A stretch of 64,000 nt of DNA, taken from positions 1,739,667 through 1,803,666 of the forward strand of contig NW_019091356.1 in the NCBI RefSeq assembly GCF_001949145.1, written 5' to 3'. The notes below the pieces were generated by a model. The model saw only the letters and a list, made by a program, of their open reading frames with translations, was not told the DNA's origin and did not search any database. Source of the DNA: Acanthaster planci. Taxonomy: Eukaryota. Positions 25,823 to 37,675 of the stretch are shown piece after piece. The position numbers and the translations under genes were made by a program. Numbering within the stretch: position 1 is the first letter of the stretch; every line of letters begins with the position of its first letter.

Positions 25823-27459
25823 GACCATGAAAGGACGTAGACAGTCGTCAATACTGACGTCCAAACTCACGACTCGGACCAAGTCGCGAATAGTGGCGCC
25901 AATATTCAAGTCCAAAATTCACACCCGCTCTCTGGATCGCGTATATTGTCACGAGCTTTTGTTCGGCAGGCGAGGTAGACCATGCCCGGGTTTTTGATGC
26001 CACGTGATTACAAGAATCGGAATATGGGTCATACCCTGGACTTGCAACACACAGTGTGTGTACGGGCTGCCGAAATAAATGGCCATGTTCTGCAGAATTC
26101 ACATGAAGTGCTAAGTTGCGTGTTGACGTCACTAATTGCTAAGTATAGCGTTGTGATTACCAAGCCGAATATCAAACCTACAAGGTGTAGATCACTGACA
26201 CTGCGCGGGGTCGACTTGACCTCACACTTAGCTTCTGTGGGAAAATGCGACAATATTCACTAGAAAAGGTGGTTTTGAGCGATTATTTTTTACTTCCTGT
26301 TTAATTTCCAAAAGGTTTCAAAGCAATCATTTCCCCAAAACCAAAGCACAATCAATATACAGGTCAGTACGTGTTACATGGCTTTTAAAAGCAGTTCGGT
26401 TGGTCAAGATGAAGGCAAACTACTCTGTTTACTTTGATTTCAACCCCAGCGTTGGTATCAATAACTTCAAATTAAAAGAAGCCACTCCCCTGAATGTGGA
26501 CCGATCTCAACAAGAAATGGCCTACTCCATTCCTGGCGAATCAACCACAAATTTCCTCTTAATTGTTCACTTGTCAAAACAAAGTTACCACTGAATCAGT
26601 TCATGGAATATGCAAATATGGATGAAAATGAAACGAAAATAGGAACAGTTACACAATTCTGTGAATTTCCACAAATCAACAACACTCAGAACAATCCGTC
26701 AAACCGCCATTTTACTAGTCTTGCTTTTTCCTAAGAACGACATAATCTGTTGTTTTTCTTAAAGAAACAAAAGGAAATGTGTTTTCATAACCGTGGATTA
26801 GAACTATAAAGTCACATTTAATGTTCTTTCCTCAGCAGTTTTTTATGGATCCCACCTAAAAAATTCAAAATGGTTTATTTCATATTTCCAAATATATGCA
26901 TAATTAACCGAAAAAGTCAAAATCGGGATTCAGTATTTAAGAGACGATATCAAAGTCTTGAGTCGAATTCTACTACAAAAATACTATTAATGTTTCGTTA
27001 CGTCTTGAAATTCATTTCTGATTAAGAGTACTGATTTACTTTTCCAACAATGTACAAATCTTGTCAACAGATGGCGCACGTACTTTATAGCGATCAAGCT
27101 TTGCACAACACATCGACTATCCTTGTAACTTATACACAGGCAAGTTGCCGTCAAAATGTTTCATTTCATTCCGTAATAGTCCTGGTATCCTACACACGCA
27201 TGGAACAAAACACAGATAGTGCATTCGATTAGTATAGCAGCTTCCATTTGGCTTTGGAACGTAAAGATTTTGCTCACCGTTCCAACAAAAATCCTCCGGG
27301 ACCATTCACACAATAAATTAAGTCAAGAATAAGCGAACAAGCCCCCTCGTCAGAACGTCAAAAACAGATGTAGACGAAATTTCTCATGCTGATACATAAA
27401 GGTTGCCCGCGATAACATCCCTTTCATTATGGTTTCATTACAATGCATGATTATAATAA

Positions 27460-28350
27460 TGATTCGATCACCAGTGCTTTCTGAATATGAAGACCCAGAC
27501 CATGCGGTCAGCTGGCGCTGGCGTGTTTCTGGCACCGCATTAAACATCTCCCGGATGCGAGTGGGCGGGCACTGAAGGAAGACAGAGGAGGCACATGGAC
27601 CAATGCGGGTGCGTCTGCGGGTCGCGTTGGAAACGCACCAATGCTATACAGGTGGAAATACCTTCCCGAGTCGGATATAAAGCCTCTTAACATGGGTCGG
27701 TTGACTTACTGAGATTTGTTTGAGGGTTTCCGATGTCTGTGACGATGGGAGACAGCAAGGATGGTACATGCATGGTTTATGCAAGGACGAACACTGCAAA
27801 GATATTACTGATAATGTAGCGCATACTGGTGCGTGTTGTTATCCGAGATGATACGTGTTGGGCTTGGGGATGCAGTACTGGGATGCTACGTTGGAAGGTG
27901 CGCGGGAAAAGCTTCTGACCAACATGGCTCTTTTCAGCCGATGAGGAAATGCTTCTGCTCGAGGCGGATTAACCTTTAAACCCCCCCCCGCCCCCAAAGT
28001 ATGTAAACTCATTCTGAAATTGGAGGGTTGAGGACTGTCAAGGTAAATTAATGACCAGCGTCTAGATCGTAGTATTTTCACGGCTATCCACACTAACCGA
28101 GTATTTCTCGCCATCGGATGGGTTGCTTTCTCAGAACGATGCCGCTGATCGGCAAACTTTTACAGTGGATTACTTCAATGGGACAGTCGACCCGAAAGTT
28201 GACATGACAGGTGTATATGGTAATCCTACCGGCAGTCACACTATGGTTCTGTGGGATCAGACTGCCACGCTAAAACTCCGAGGTAGAAGAGATAGGCAAA
28301 ACAGTGCAAAGCAAAATGAGGAAAGTTGTGCCCGTTGTGTCTCTGAATAT
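27460..28350 (-). pseudogene. Ig-receptor pseudogene, class-A tail
   Basis: Minus-strand translation gives PQNHSVTAGRITIYTCHVNFRVDC, then EKYSVSVDSRENTTI*TLVIN (stop at the conserved Tyr), PSTASPSPT, HRHRKPSNKSQ*, MLRGFISDSGRYFHLYSIGAFPTRPADAP and AVPETRQRQLTAWSG. Stops, frameshifts and loss of most of Ig2. Confidence 0.8.
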
Positions 28351-30427
28351 ACCAACATGAAACTAACACGTGCACTCAATGTAAGGTTTAACATATGATA
28401 TTCTAAGCTGCAGGCTCAAAAGTTTGAGAACCTGGATTTCGCATTTTATTCAACGAACATTCGTAGTTTTGCTTATCAAAATATTTATTGAAAACTGACA
28501 AGGAAAACATGGAAATTCTCAAAGATAGAAAATTTATTTCTTCATTTATTTATTTTCAACAAATTTCTGATGTTAAATCACTTTCACTGTATACATCTCG
28601 CACTTCGAGGGCTATTTTGTTTATTTGCAAAATGTCAACGTTGAGTCTTAAGCTCTGATGAATAAGGAAAGTAAAAGTACAGAGACGGTCACTTTCAAAA
28701 CCACGCATTGCTGTTATCTGTAAATACAGGAGTGAGTTATTATCAAAAATGATAAACTATGCGTGTTTCAGTTTGAATTTTTTTGAGCAAAGTCGATATA
28801 ATTGGAAATAAAAGGGCACAACCTGATTTTCAAATGTATAACTCGACTCGAAACTCCATCAATAGTTACTGATTCTAGAACCAACTGTTACATCAGATTG
28901 GATTTGGTACTTTCTGATAATAAATTCGATCGTATAGATTTATTTGGAGAATTTTGGGCGAACTACAAGATTCCTCACTGTTAGTGATGGATGAAATACA
29001 CGTGTACAATGTTGTACATTATTATGCATAAAATTGCCAAAAATGATACGAAACTCCAACATTAGACAAAACAGTCCGGTTTAAATGACAGCAAGTATCA
29101 AAGCAAAAATAAATGAAAGCAAATATAAAAAAATGTGATTTGAGGTGGTTCAAGAATTGCGTCAACAAATCGGTCATTCTACAAAATACTGATGAACAGC
29201 TCAAATCGTCACCTCTTTTCAACGGTGCCCACGAAATTCAAAGTCATATTTTTTCAGAAAGAACTGGGAAACCACCTAAACCTTATGAAATCACTTCCAA
29301 ATAAAGATGAGAACTGCACATATACTTTTTCTCACAAATCCTGCCACCGGCGCATGCACTTTTTATCAAATTTACAAGCAATAAGAAGAAACTGCTGCAC
29401 TCTGACAGTCATGTGCATTAATGATGCATTAATTTAGACACTACCAATCGCTGTTACAACTTCCTTGCGAGTCCAAGACATCCAGACTCTCATCTGTAGT
29501 GGACATGACACATACACAGACGCTGAATAGATTTGATATCCTAGAAAGATTATGTCCAGTGGCTTAACTACGGGAGATCACGGAGCCGGGGGTGTATGCT
29601 CCCAGCGGAAGTTAGTGTCCTGTCCCCCTTCAATGCGAAATTTTGGAATATGCACGACCTACGTACAAATCACAGTCACCTTAGTTTCAGTCAGATCAAA
29701 AATTAGGGCTTTGATTATGTCTTTCTATTAATAAATTTACACAACACCCTTATTACGTGTATATTACACAAATGCACATGTGCCGTGCTGTATCAACTGC
29801 TTCGGTCCGCAGTACAAAGGTATGGAACCCTTTAAAATGAGTGGATCATGTAATGCTTAATGTGTTAAGAAACATTTAATACATAACAGATATTCTGTAT
29901 ATAGAACTGCGGGCTCCATTTTGTGTTCCGTCAATAACACAAGTTTCTTTCATGCACTCAGATATCTCCTATTCGCTTTTTGGATGCACACAAAAGTAAA
30001 CACAAAAGCAAACGATTTTCACGGTGTACCGGTACATTAAGCCTTTTTGATAATTATAATTTATACAAAATTGGGTACTGTGTCGCAGATCTGGCGCAAA
30101 TATTGTGCCGCATTTTCATACAATTAAAACCCTATCCCCCCCAAAAAAATTGAACTGTCCATTCTTAAATCCTCACAATAAACATGAGTTTCGCGCCCGA
30201 ACTTAATTTACATGTTCAACTCTCCCATTAACAAGCCCAAAGTGAATAAAATGCAAGATGAAGGCCAATAGACCTCGCCTTGAATTTTACTCGGTTGCAG
30301 TTCATGTCATTTTCATCACTAAATTGTGTACCTATGACATTGGATATACTCAAGATGAATTGGTATGATAAACGACGCATTTTTAAATGTGGAAGATGCA
30401 AAACCGTCTCTCAAACATAGAATTTTA

Positions 30428-31870
30428 TTACACCGAATCTTCAACACTGTGGACATCTGAATGCGGCATTGTGTACAGATCCTTCCCGACCGTAAATCTC
30501 ACAGAACCAACACCCGATTTACTGCTGTCTTCAGACAAATCGTCAGAAGATTCAGTGTTGTCAAGTTTCCCTTCACTTGGCAAAGTGTACAGATCTTCTC
30601 CAACATGGACACGCGTCAGCGTCCCGTCCGGGCCAATTCGTTTTATGCGATTGCTTCCATTACCAGCGCGCTCTGTAGATGGGGGCCCGGACGAGGCAGA
30701 CAACTCATCCTGGCGTGTGTCAAGCACAGCATAAACGTCTCCCTGCTGTGGGTGGGCGGGGCGCTGAATAGAAGAAAGAAGGGTGCTTGGGCCGATATTA
30801 GGTGCATCTACGGGTCGTGCTGGAAAGACGCCACCGCTGTATATGTGGGAATCCCTTACTGGGTTGGGGACAAAGCGTCGTAAAGTGGGGGCGGCTTGGT
30901 CGACTTGAGATCTGTTTGGGGGTTTCCGATGCTTGCGACGGTAGAAAACGACAATGAGGATGATAGCTACGAGAACCATAAAAGCAAGGATACCACCAAT
31001 AACCAACCACAATACCATAAACGAACCCGTATCTGCATCGATGATGATCTGTGTTGGACTTGGGAATATTGCATTAAGAGGTTGCGTTGGCAACTGTGTG
31101 GGAAAATTCAAGCCGGCATCATTCCACGTTTGTGCAACCACTAACATTTGATACCATGGACTAATTTTTTCACAATCCGTGGTGTACATGATACTGAACT
31201 TGGCTTGGCATTGTATTTGGCTTCCGTTGTCTGAGGCCAAGACTGGAGATATGGTCAGTCGATTTGCTGAGATTGCAAACCTGTCGTCGCTGTTAAGGAA
31301 AATGGTCTGGTTGTCTGCTTTCTTCACGAGCCATCTAAACGTAGAAGAGTCCTGGTGAGGATGAATGTCACAGCGAAAAGTCCCTTCACTACCTACAGTC
31401 AGTTCTTCCTTTTGAGTGACTCTGGTTGATAGGTTGTGATGAGTTTGACAAACGCTTTGACCAGTCACGGTTAGAAATGCAAGACTTGAAGTGTCAATAC
31501 CTTCTCTCCCCGATATAGCGCAAGAGTATTTTCCAGAGTCAGCTGAAGTAACATTGTTAATTGCCAAGGTGCAGACCGTCGTATGGCCAGAGCTATTTAG
31601 ATGCACTGAATATCTCTCATCAACATAGGAATCATTCACACAACCACACCGCGACACTTTTTGGGATTCACTCTGGCTAATTACTTGTCTTGACCAGGAG
31701 ATTATGTTAGTTTCACAATCAACATGAAAGTCGGCATGACAGGTGAATGTCGAAGTCCCATCCTCAGCCACACTCTGGTTTTGTGGATATACACTAAGGA
31801 CATGGTGCGATTCTGATGCGGATGAGACATGCAGCCAAATGCAAACGAGTGCAAGAATAGCTGTAGCCAT
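30428..31870 (-). CDS. Complete intronless two-Ig-domain type I receptor, class-A tail (~480 aa)
   Basis: ATG at 31870 opens a signal peptide MATAILALVCIWLHVSSA (alternative in-frame ATG at 31921). Ig1 FTC..IISW..CTLAI..DSGKYSC; Ig2 FRC..FRW..LTISPV..IQC; TM VLWLVIGGILAFMVLVAIILIVVFY plus RRKHRK; tail SHIY, DVYAVL, EDLYTLP, KDLYTMP; TAA at 30428. Confidence 0.92.
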   Translation of the reverse strand: MATAILALVCIWLHVSSASESHHVLSVYPQNQSVAEDGTSTFTCHADFHVDCETNIISWSRQVISQSESQKVSRCGCVNDSYVDERYSVHLNSSGHTTVCTLAINNVTSADSGKYSCAISGREGIDTSSLAFLTVTGQSVCQTHHNLSTRVTQKEELTVGSEGTFRCDIHPHQDSSTFRWLVKKADNQTIFLNSDDRFAISANRLTISPVLASDNGSQIQCQAKFSIMYTTDCEKISPWYQMLVVAQTWNDAGLNFPTQLPTQPLNAIFPSPTQIIIDADTGSFMVLWLVIGGILAFMVLVAIILIVVFYRRKHRKPPNRSQVDQAAPTLRRFVPNPVRDSHIYSGGVFPARPVDAPNIGPSTLLSSIQRPAHPQQGDVYAVLDTRQDELSASSGPPSTERAGNGSNRIKRIGPDGTLTRVHVGEDLYTLPSEGKLDNTESSDDLSEDSSKSGVGSVRFTVGKDLYTMPHSDVHSVEDSV

Positions 31871-32199
31871 CGTCCCTGTGACAAAAAAACCGCTTGGAGA
31901 GCCATATAACCTAACACCCATCTCCAATGCTGAGGTATGTTCTGAAGCTGGATTTCTCACGCCTCAGCTATTTATTGTATGAATATTTCCATGCAGGTGC
32001 ATTGCTTACGTTCCCTTCACTTTCGTTCTCTGTCCACACCGAAAAGGTAATCAGGAAGCGCACTGTATGCCAGGCTTTCGGATATTAACTACATCACGCA
32101 CTAAGCCTTCAGAACCAAATGTGTATACACTAATATCTACACGTATAAACTACTGTTACATGTACACGAAACCACAGACTTTGCTCATCGGTTTTGGTA

Positions 32200-32850
32200 C
32201 TGATTCGTGCTTGGGGATGGGAGAGCCGGGAGGTTAAGTGGACATAGTGGCCTGGAGAGATTTACAACGGAACGATATAGTGTCTTGAGAGTCACTGAAA
32301 CCTGGAACCAAGGACTCTGCTGTTCATGGCATGTGGCGTACACGAACGTACAACTAATTTGAATTTCGTTGTCCGAGGCTACACAGGAGCGGACAGATGA
32401 CCAAACAGAAGTATGAAATCTGTCAGAGGTGTGAACGAAAACGAGAGGTTCTCTTTGAGTTACCCCGATGGATGAGTTTTGGGAGTTGGCACACATAATT
32501 TTATGCCTTGAACTGTCTCCGTGGGGAACACACTGACAGAGGAGCAGGAAGAACTATTCCTGGATAATGTATAGCAAAAATACTCCTTCCACTATCAGCT
32601 GAAGAGACGCTGTATAATTTACAGTGTGTAGGTCACTGCATCTTCGGTGCTATTCTGATACACTGAATATTTCTTGAAATCAGATGGTCTGGAAAGGTCA
32701 GCGCATCGCAACTGATCTTTAATCACTTGCCCAGTAAATTCCCACTACTTCGGCAATCGACTGAGAAGTTGGCCTGGCAAGTGAATACTGCAGGCCCATA
32801 CACGCTTTGGTTCTGTGGATTCACCCGAAGCGGGAAAAATGCACGCGATG
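32200..32850 (-). pseudogene. Ig-receptor pseudogene (Ig1 plus internally deleted Ig2 and stalk)
   Basis: VNPQNQSVYGPAVFTCQANFSVDC, KKYSVYQNSTEDAVTYTL*, SSADSG, then CANSQNSSIGVTQREPL...ASDNEIQISCTFVYATCHEQQSPWFQV. Stops and frameshifts. Confidence 0.8.
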
Positions 32851-34737
32851 ATCCCGAAAACGGGCGCGGCCATTGCCCTTCTCATCACACCACCGGGCTT
32901 CTTCCATTTAAGGAGATGAAACCATGGAATAGAAGATCATTTTTTGCACCGTTCTTTGGTCGAATTATGTCATGTTACGAACATAGATTTCTCAAGCAAC
33001 GACCTTTCCGTCATTGATAAAGTAATTGAGGATTTTGTATACGGCACTTTAATTTAAGGCGCGGTTTCAGTTTATATTTTTTAATTGCAGTTTCGATCTT
33101 ATAAGATTTATCAAAATATCACCTAATGAGAGTGCGAAGAAGAAGGAAATAAATAAAACTCGGTTGGACTATTTCTTGCTGGTCGCTCTTAAGATGATTT
33201 ATTTCTAGCTGGGCTCAGAACAGAAATCAGGATCCGATTATTGGACAAACATCTAGGAAAGACAACAATTTATGGTGGAAATTGTGCATCTTATTTAAAC
33301 CCGTGAGAACTAAAAGGGGGGAGAACAAGGCAACTAGAGAATGACGGATCTGCGTAAGGGAAAATTACCAGCTCCCTGCGTATTATAATTGTAAAGTTAA
33401 GCACTACTACAAATGTACTATCATTGGAAGAGGGGTAACCACTCCTATAAAAAGTCCAATGTATGGAAAACAGCACAGTATACACATAAAACAGTGTATG
33501 TTTCAGAGGATGGTAACATACGCTTAAAACACATTTCTCAACCATTGATGACTTTGGTATACAACACTAAACATGTTCAGTTAAACAGAAATCTCATGTT
33601 ACGGGGAATCCTTCCGTACATCAAAATCTTAACACATTATGGTTGAATATGATGCACACGTCGCCCATAATTTCTTAACACGAACAGCAAAATTTAAATT
33701 TACAGCAAGCATTGTACCTGCCAGAAGATTAGTGGAGGGGAAGGATCTACAGCATTACCAGCTTCTTATTGACAGCAATGGTATTATAGTCCTACATGAC
33801 AAGTATAACACAACATGTCTGAACGATCTATCTTTATGATAAAACTATGTTCAAACTGTTATACAAATATCAGCAAATCAAATTCCCAGATCGTAATTTG
33901 ACCATTGAACATAACCTAAGAAAGACTGACAAAAAATACAATCGTTCAATGCAATTGACCATCCTTGCTTTACAACAATCACAATTACATGAAAGATATC
34001 TAAAATTTCCTCACCAGAATCTAGTCCCGCAAGACTAAATTGCCGTCGGCCACAGTCACCTGTCAGGACTCGATGTAGCAACAGCTTTTACTTCAGAAAA
34101 ACGACCAAGGAGGAAAGCAAATGTGGCTATAAACTAAGGAAACAAAAAAGAAGAGAGAACAGCACTCTACGTGACTCCTCTCAGAACGGCATGCGCAGGA
34201 ATGGCCGTCTTGAATTTGGCGCTGCATCACGCCATACCCTGCGCATGCTTGGCTAGGCATCGACAATACAGTTTGTCCAGGCTATGTAAGGAAGAAATTC
34301 CTATTACATGTGGGGAAGTACATGTACGTAACCAAATGGATTCGCAGTACGCGAAATTCGGTTGGTTACACTAAATAAAAGATTACTCAAACGGTACACT
34401 GTAAAGGCTGTATTTACCTCAGTTGTCAAACTGAAAGTTCAAAGCTAGTGCTTCCTATCGGTAAAAGTTATTCATTTCTCAACACTTAACGAATAACCGA
34501 AAGCAAGGTAGCGTGCTTAGTAACCAAAGACAAAATGTTTACTTTCTTAGCTAAGTACAGCAGAAAACACAAACCAGTTACAATTACAAATTAATCATTA
34601 TTGGGTCATAAACTCCAGCAAAATAATAACACATTTAAAAGCATTGGTCATTGCCAAAAACTGAAAGTCTCAGTCAGAAATCTGGTAGATATGAACATTA
34701 ATTTTTCTAATCCAAACGAACTCCTGACACCTTTACA

Positions 34738-36150
34738 TCAATGAGGCGAGTAAGCAGTTACCATGATCTGTTTGTTCTGGTTCAATGCTCCTCGAGTAAA
34801 TGCGACATTACTCTTATTTGGTATCAGGTACGGACTCTCTGCCCCCTCCTGGATGTTGTGCAGGGTTAAATTCGGTTTGTCTCTTGACCAAATGATTGTT
34901 TCCTTCGAAGACTCATGTCGGTTTCTATCACTCTGATGTTCTCCTAGTTCTACCGGCGATGCTCCGTGCACCTGTGTGCGCACATCATCGAGACGAACTT
35001 CGGAGTAGAGGTGACTTTCTGGTTCCGTTCCACCGCTTTCTGGTTTGATGGTGTGGAAATACACCGGATTTCCTCTTGTAGTTGTCGGTATGGAAGATGA
35101 GGGGCGAAGCGTTGGGAATCCTTCGGATCTTTTCTTGGAACAGGCCTTGGGCTGACGCACCACGGGATGCTTCCTAATCTTAAGTAAGTAGACCGCAGTG
35201 CCAACGATGATAGCTCCAAGGATTACCAAGGCGAGGATGCTGCCGATTACTGGCCACACCCCGGACTGATAGGCATCGGTAGCGACAACGATCTGCGTTG
35301 TTCTCGTCACTGTATGCCGTGGTGGATCACGTGAAGTTTGTGTCGGCTTCAGCGTGTTCCTTGACAAATTCCCACTGGAAATGGAAAAATTCAAGGAGAA
35401 CTCACTCAATGTCTGCAGAACCAATATCTGGTGCCACGAACTTCGGCCCTCACAGCCTGTGGCGTATACAACCTCACATCGCACTTGACTTGCCTTGTCT
35501 GAGGTCATGAGGGGCGAGATAATCAGTCGATTAGCTGAAGTCGCGAATCTTCCATTAGTGTAAATGGGAACAGTCTCGCCAGCTGCTCCCTTCACGAACC
35601 ATCTAAACGTGGGAGCTGTTGGGTGGGCGTCAATGCCACAGTGAAACTCCCCTTTACTGCGTACTGCTAGGTCTCTTCTTTGAGTGACCACGACGGATAG
35701 GTTCAGGGGTGTTTCGCACAAAGTTTCATTGGCCACGGTGAGCACTGCGTGACCAGAAGTGGTAACGGCGGTTTGCGTTAATGCAACGCAGTAGTACTCT
35801 TCACTGTCAGCCGAAGTTACATCGACAATTTCCAGCGTGTAGATTGTTAAGTTTTCGATGCTGTTCAGAGAGGGTAAATACTTCTCGGCATTTGCTTGAT
35901 CGTTGACTGTTTCGCAGGTTGTAATTTCTACAGGTGCGTTGCGGTCACCATCAATGGGCTGTCTCGTCCAATAGATTATTTCACCTGCCGTGCAATTGAC
36001 CCGAAAGTTGGCGTGGCAAGTAAAGGCCGCAGTCCCACCCTCGACCACACTCTGGTTGTGCGGATTCAGGATGAAATATCGATCATAATTCGATGTGAAT
36101 GAGACTTGCAGGAAAATGCATAAAAAGAAACTTAGAGCCGCACCGGCCAT
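34738..36150 (-). CDS. Complete intronless two-Ig-domain type I receptor, class-B tail (470 aa)
   Basis: Signal peptide MAGAALSFFLCIFLQVSFT; Ig1 FTC..IIYW..YTLEI..DSEEYYC; Ig2 FHC..FRW..LIISPL..VRC; T-rich stalk; TM VWPVIGSILALVILGAIIVGTAVYLL; tail with NPVY, HLYSEV and SPYLIP. Confidence 0.92.
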   Translation of the reverse strand: MAGAALSFFLCIFLQVSFTSNYDRYFILNPHNQSVVEGGTAAFTCHANFRVNCTAGEIIYWTRQPIDGDRNAPVEITTCETVNDQANAEKYLPSLNSIENLTIYTLEIVDVTSADSEEYYCVALTQTAVTTSGHAVLTVANETLCETPLNLSVVVTQRRDLAVRSKGEFHCGIDAHPTAPTFRWFVKGAAGETVPIYTNGRFATSANRLIISPLMTSDKASQVRCEVVYATGCEGRSSWHQILVLQTLSEFSLNFSISSGNLSRNTLKPTQTSRDPPRHTVTRTTQIVVATDAYQSGVWPVIGSILALVILGAIIVGTAVYLLKIRKHPVVRQPKACSKKRSEGFPTLRPSSSIPTTTRGNPVYFHTIKPESGGTEPESHLYSEVRLDDVRTQVHGASPVELGEHQSDRNRHESSKETIIWSRDKPNLTLHNIQEGAESPYLIPNKSNVAFTRGALNQNKQIMVTAYSPH

Positions 36151-37675
36151 TCTGTTCTCCGATCACCTGACGGTGCTGAATGTGGGAGTCTTCTCAACAG
36201 GAAAAAAGTGATTCGATGTTAAATTACTTTACATATGGGCATAACATATGAGTCACCAAGTTGTTCCTTCTTTCGAAAGTCATGCCAGCCTGGGCATGGC
36301 AGCTCAGGAAAGAGAAAACAAAAGTTTCAGTCCATTGTGAAAACATGGATTCGCGTGTGAAATAATCCCACAAGCAATTCATTAACTACTCCAGGGAAGA
36401 AAAGATACGCGATGCATGAATTCCAAGGCATAACCACACTCGTGAGGTAATGCCGTCACAGATGCACTGATGTACAGGCATGCATGGGCAGCAAAAGAAA
36501 CATCAAATGTCAGAAACTGTTTTAAATCTACTGACCACCATTAAGAAAAATACTCAAAGACGGTGTGGAAAACCAAGAGATCTCAAACGGTTGATATACT
36601 GCAGAAGCTGCGCGATTAACAGTTTCCTCTACCTGATACAACCTCAATGCACTTTCTGGCCACGAGTCTTCTTTTTTCAGTTTGGTTTGGTTGCTTAATG
36701 CTATTATTGTTTTGTACTGTGTTTGGTTTAAGTTTTCCCATGTTTTAAATTACATGTATTTAATTGGCACTAATTTTTGAACTGTTACACATCCAGTCAA
36801 TGCTTCAAACTCCCTGAGGTTGGATAGGCCTATATGGTGATAGACAAGCAAACTGAAACTACTTGTGCATGGATACTGAGACCAATCCTCTAAGCCCCGC
36901 CCATGTTCTTCTGTGAATGTTTATAAATACTACTTGTGGAAAGGACGAAGGCAGGCAATATTTTTTGACAGTGATTTTTTCTTTAATCCAATCCAGAGAG
37001 GGGTGGTGGTGCTGTTTGGAACATGTTCGTTTTTTAACAATTCTTTAACAAAAATGCCCCTGGACTCAGCATGGAATTTGGAACACATTCAAATATCATT
37101 GGTCAACATGTCCAAATCCCATTTCACTCCATTAAGGCCTGTCACGCCAGTGACCTTGCAAATCCTGCTAACATTGGGACTCATAGGGACAAACTGCGGG
37201 TCCATGGTGATTCTGCAGATGTATTCATAATTTCCGAGAGGAAGGAACTTTAATTGATAACTTGTTACCTCACCTGTCAGGTAGCACCGTCTGTGGGACT
37301 CTTACTCTGTAGTCGGGCAATGGCCATTCTATCCCTTGTGGCAGGTACATGTTAACTGTATTTCAATGTCTGGCATTGTAGATAATGGTCCATCTTTGTA
37401 AACCTGCCTTTCCCTTGAGGTTTTGAATTAGAGGTCCTAGTAGAGCTGTTTTACAGCACGCTCAGAAACTACCTGTACATGATGATGACCATAACAGATA
37501 TATACAATATCATTACAATTCTTTGCTAAATAATGTTTCTCTAGATTATTATTAATCTATGCCTATCCAACATTGTAGTTGGTACTATATTGCACGGAAT
37601 ATTAAAAAAGTGAAATGTAATTACTCTATTTGGCATTTACATCCCTCCGAAAACACAAATGTTTAATTCGGGCGA

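Noticed and set aside
25232..25997. Long ORFs spanning the 536-N gap
   Set aside because: They exist only because N codons contain no stops.
34189..34248. Small inverted repeat with GCGCATGC (NRF1-like) half sites
   Set aside because: Too short, lies 3' of a gene, and has no supporting promoter context.
24232..35180. Canonical ITIM/ITAM calls for the receptor tails
   Set aside because: Y-2 residues are D, E or H rather than I/V/L/S, and no YxxL-x6-8-YxxL spacing is present; reported as non-canonical motifs instead.
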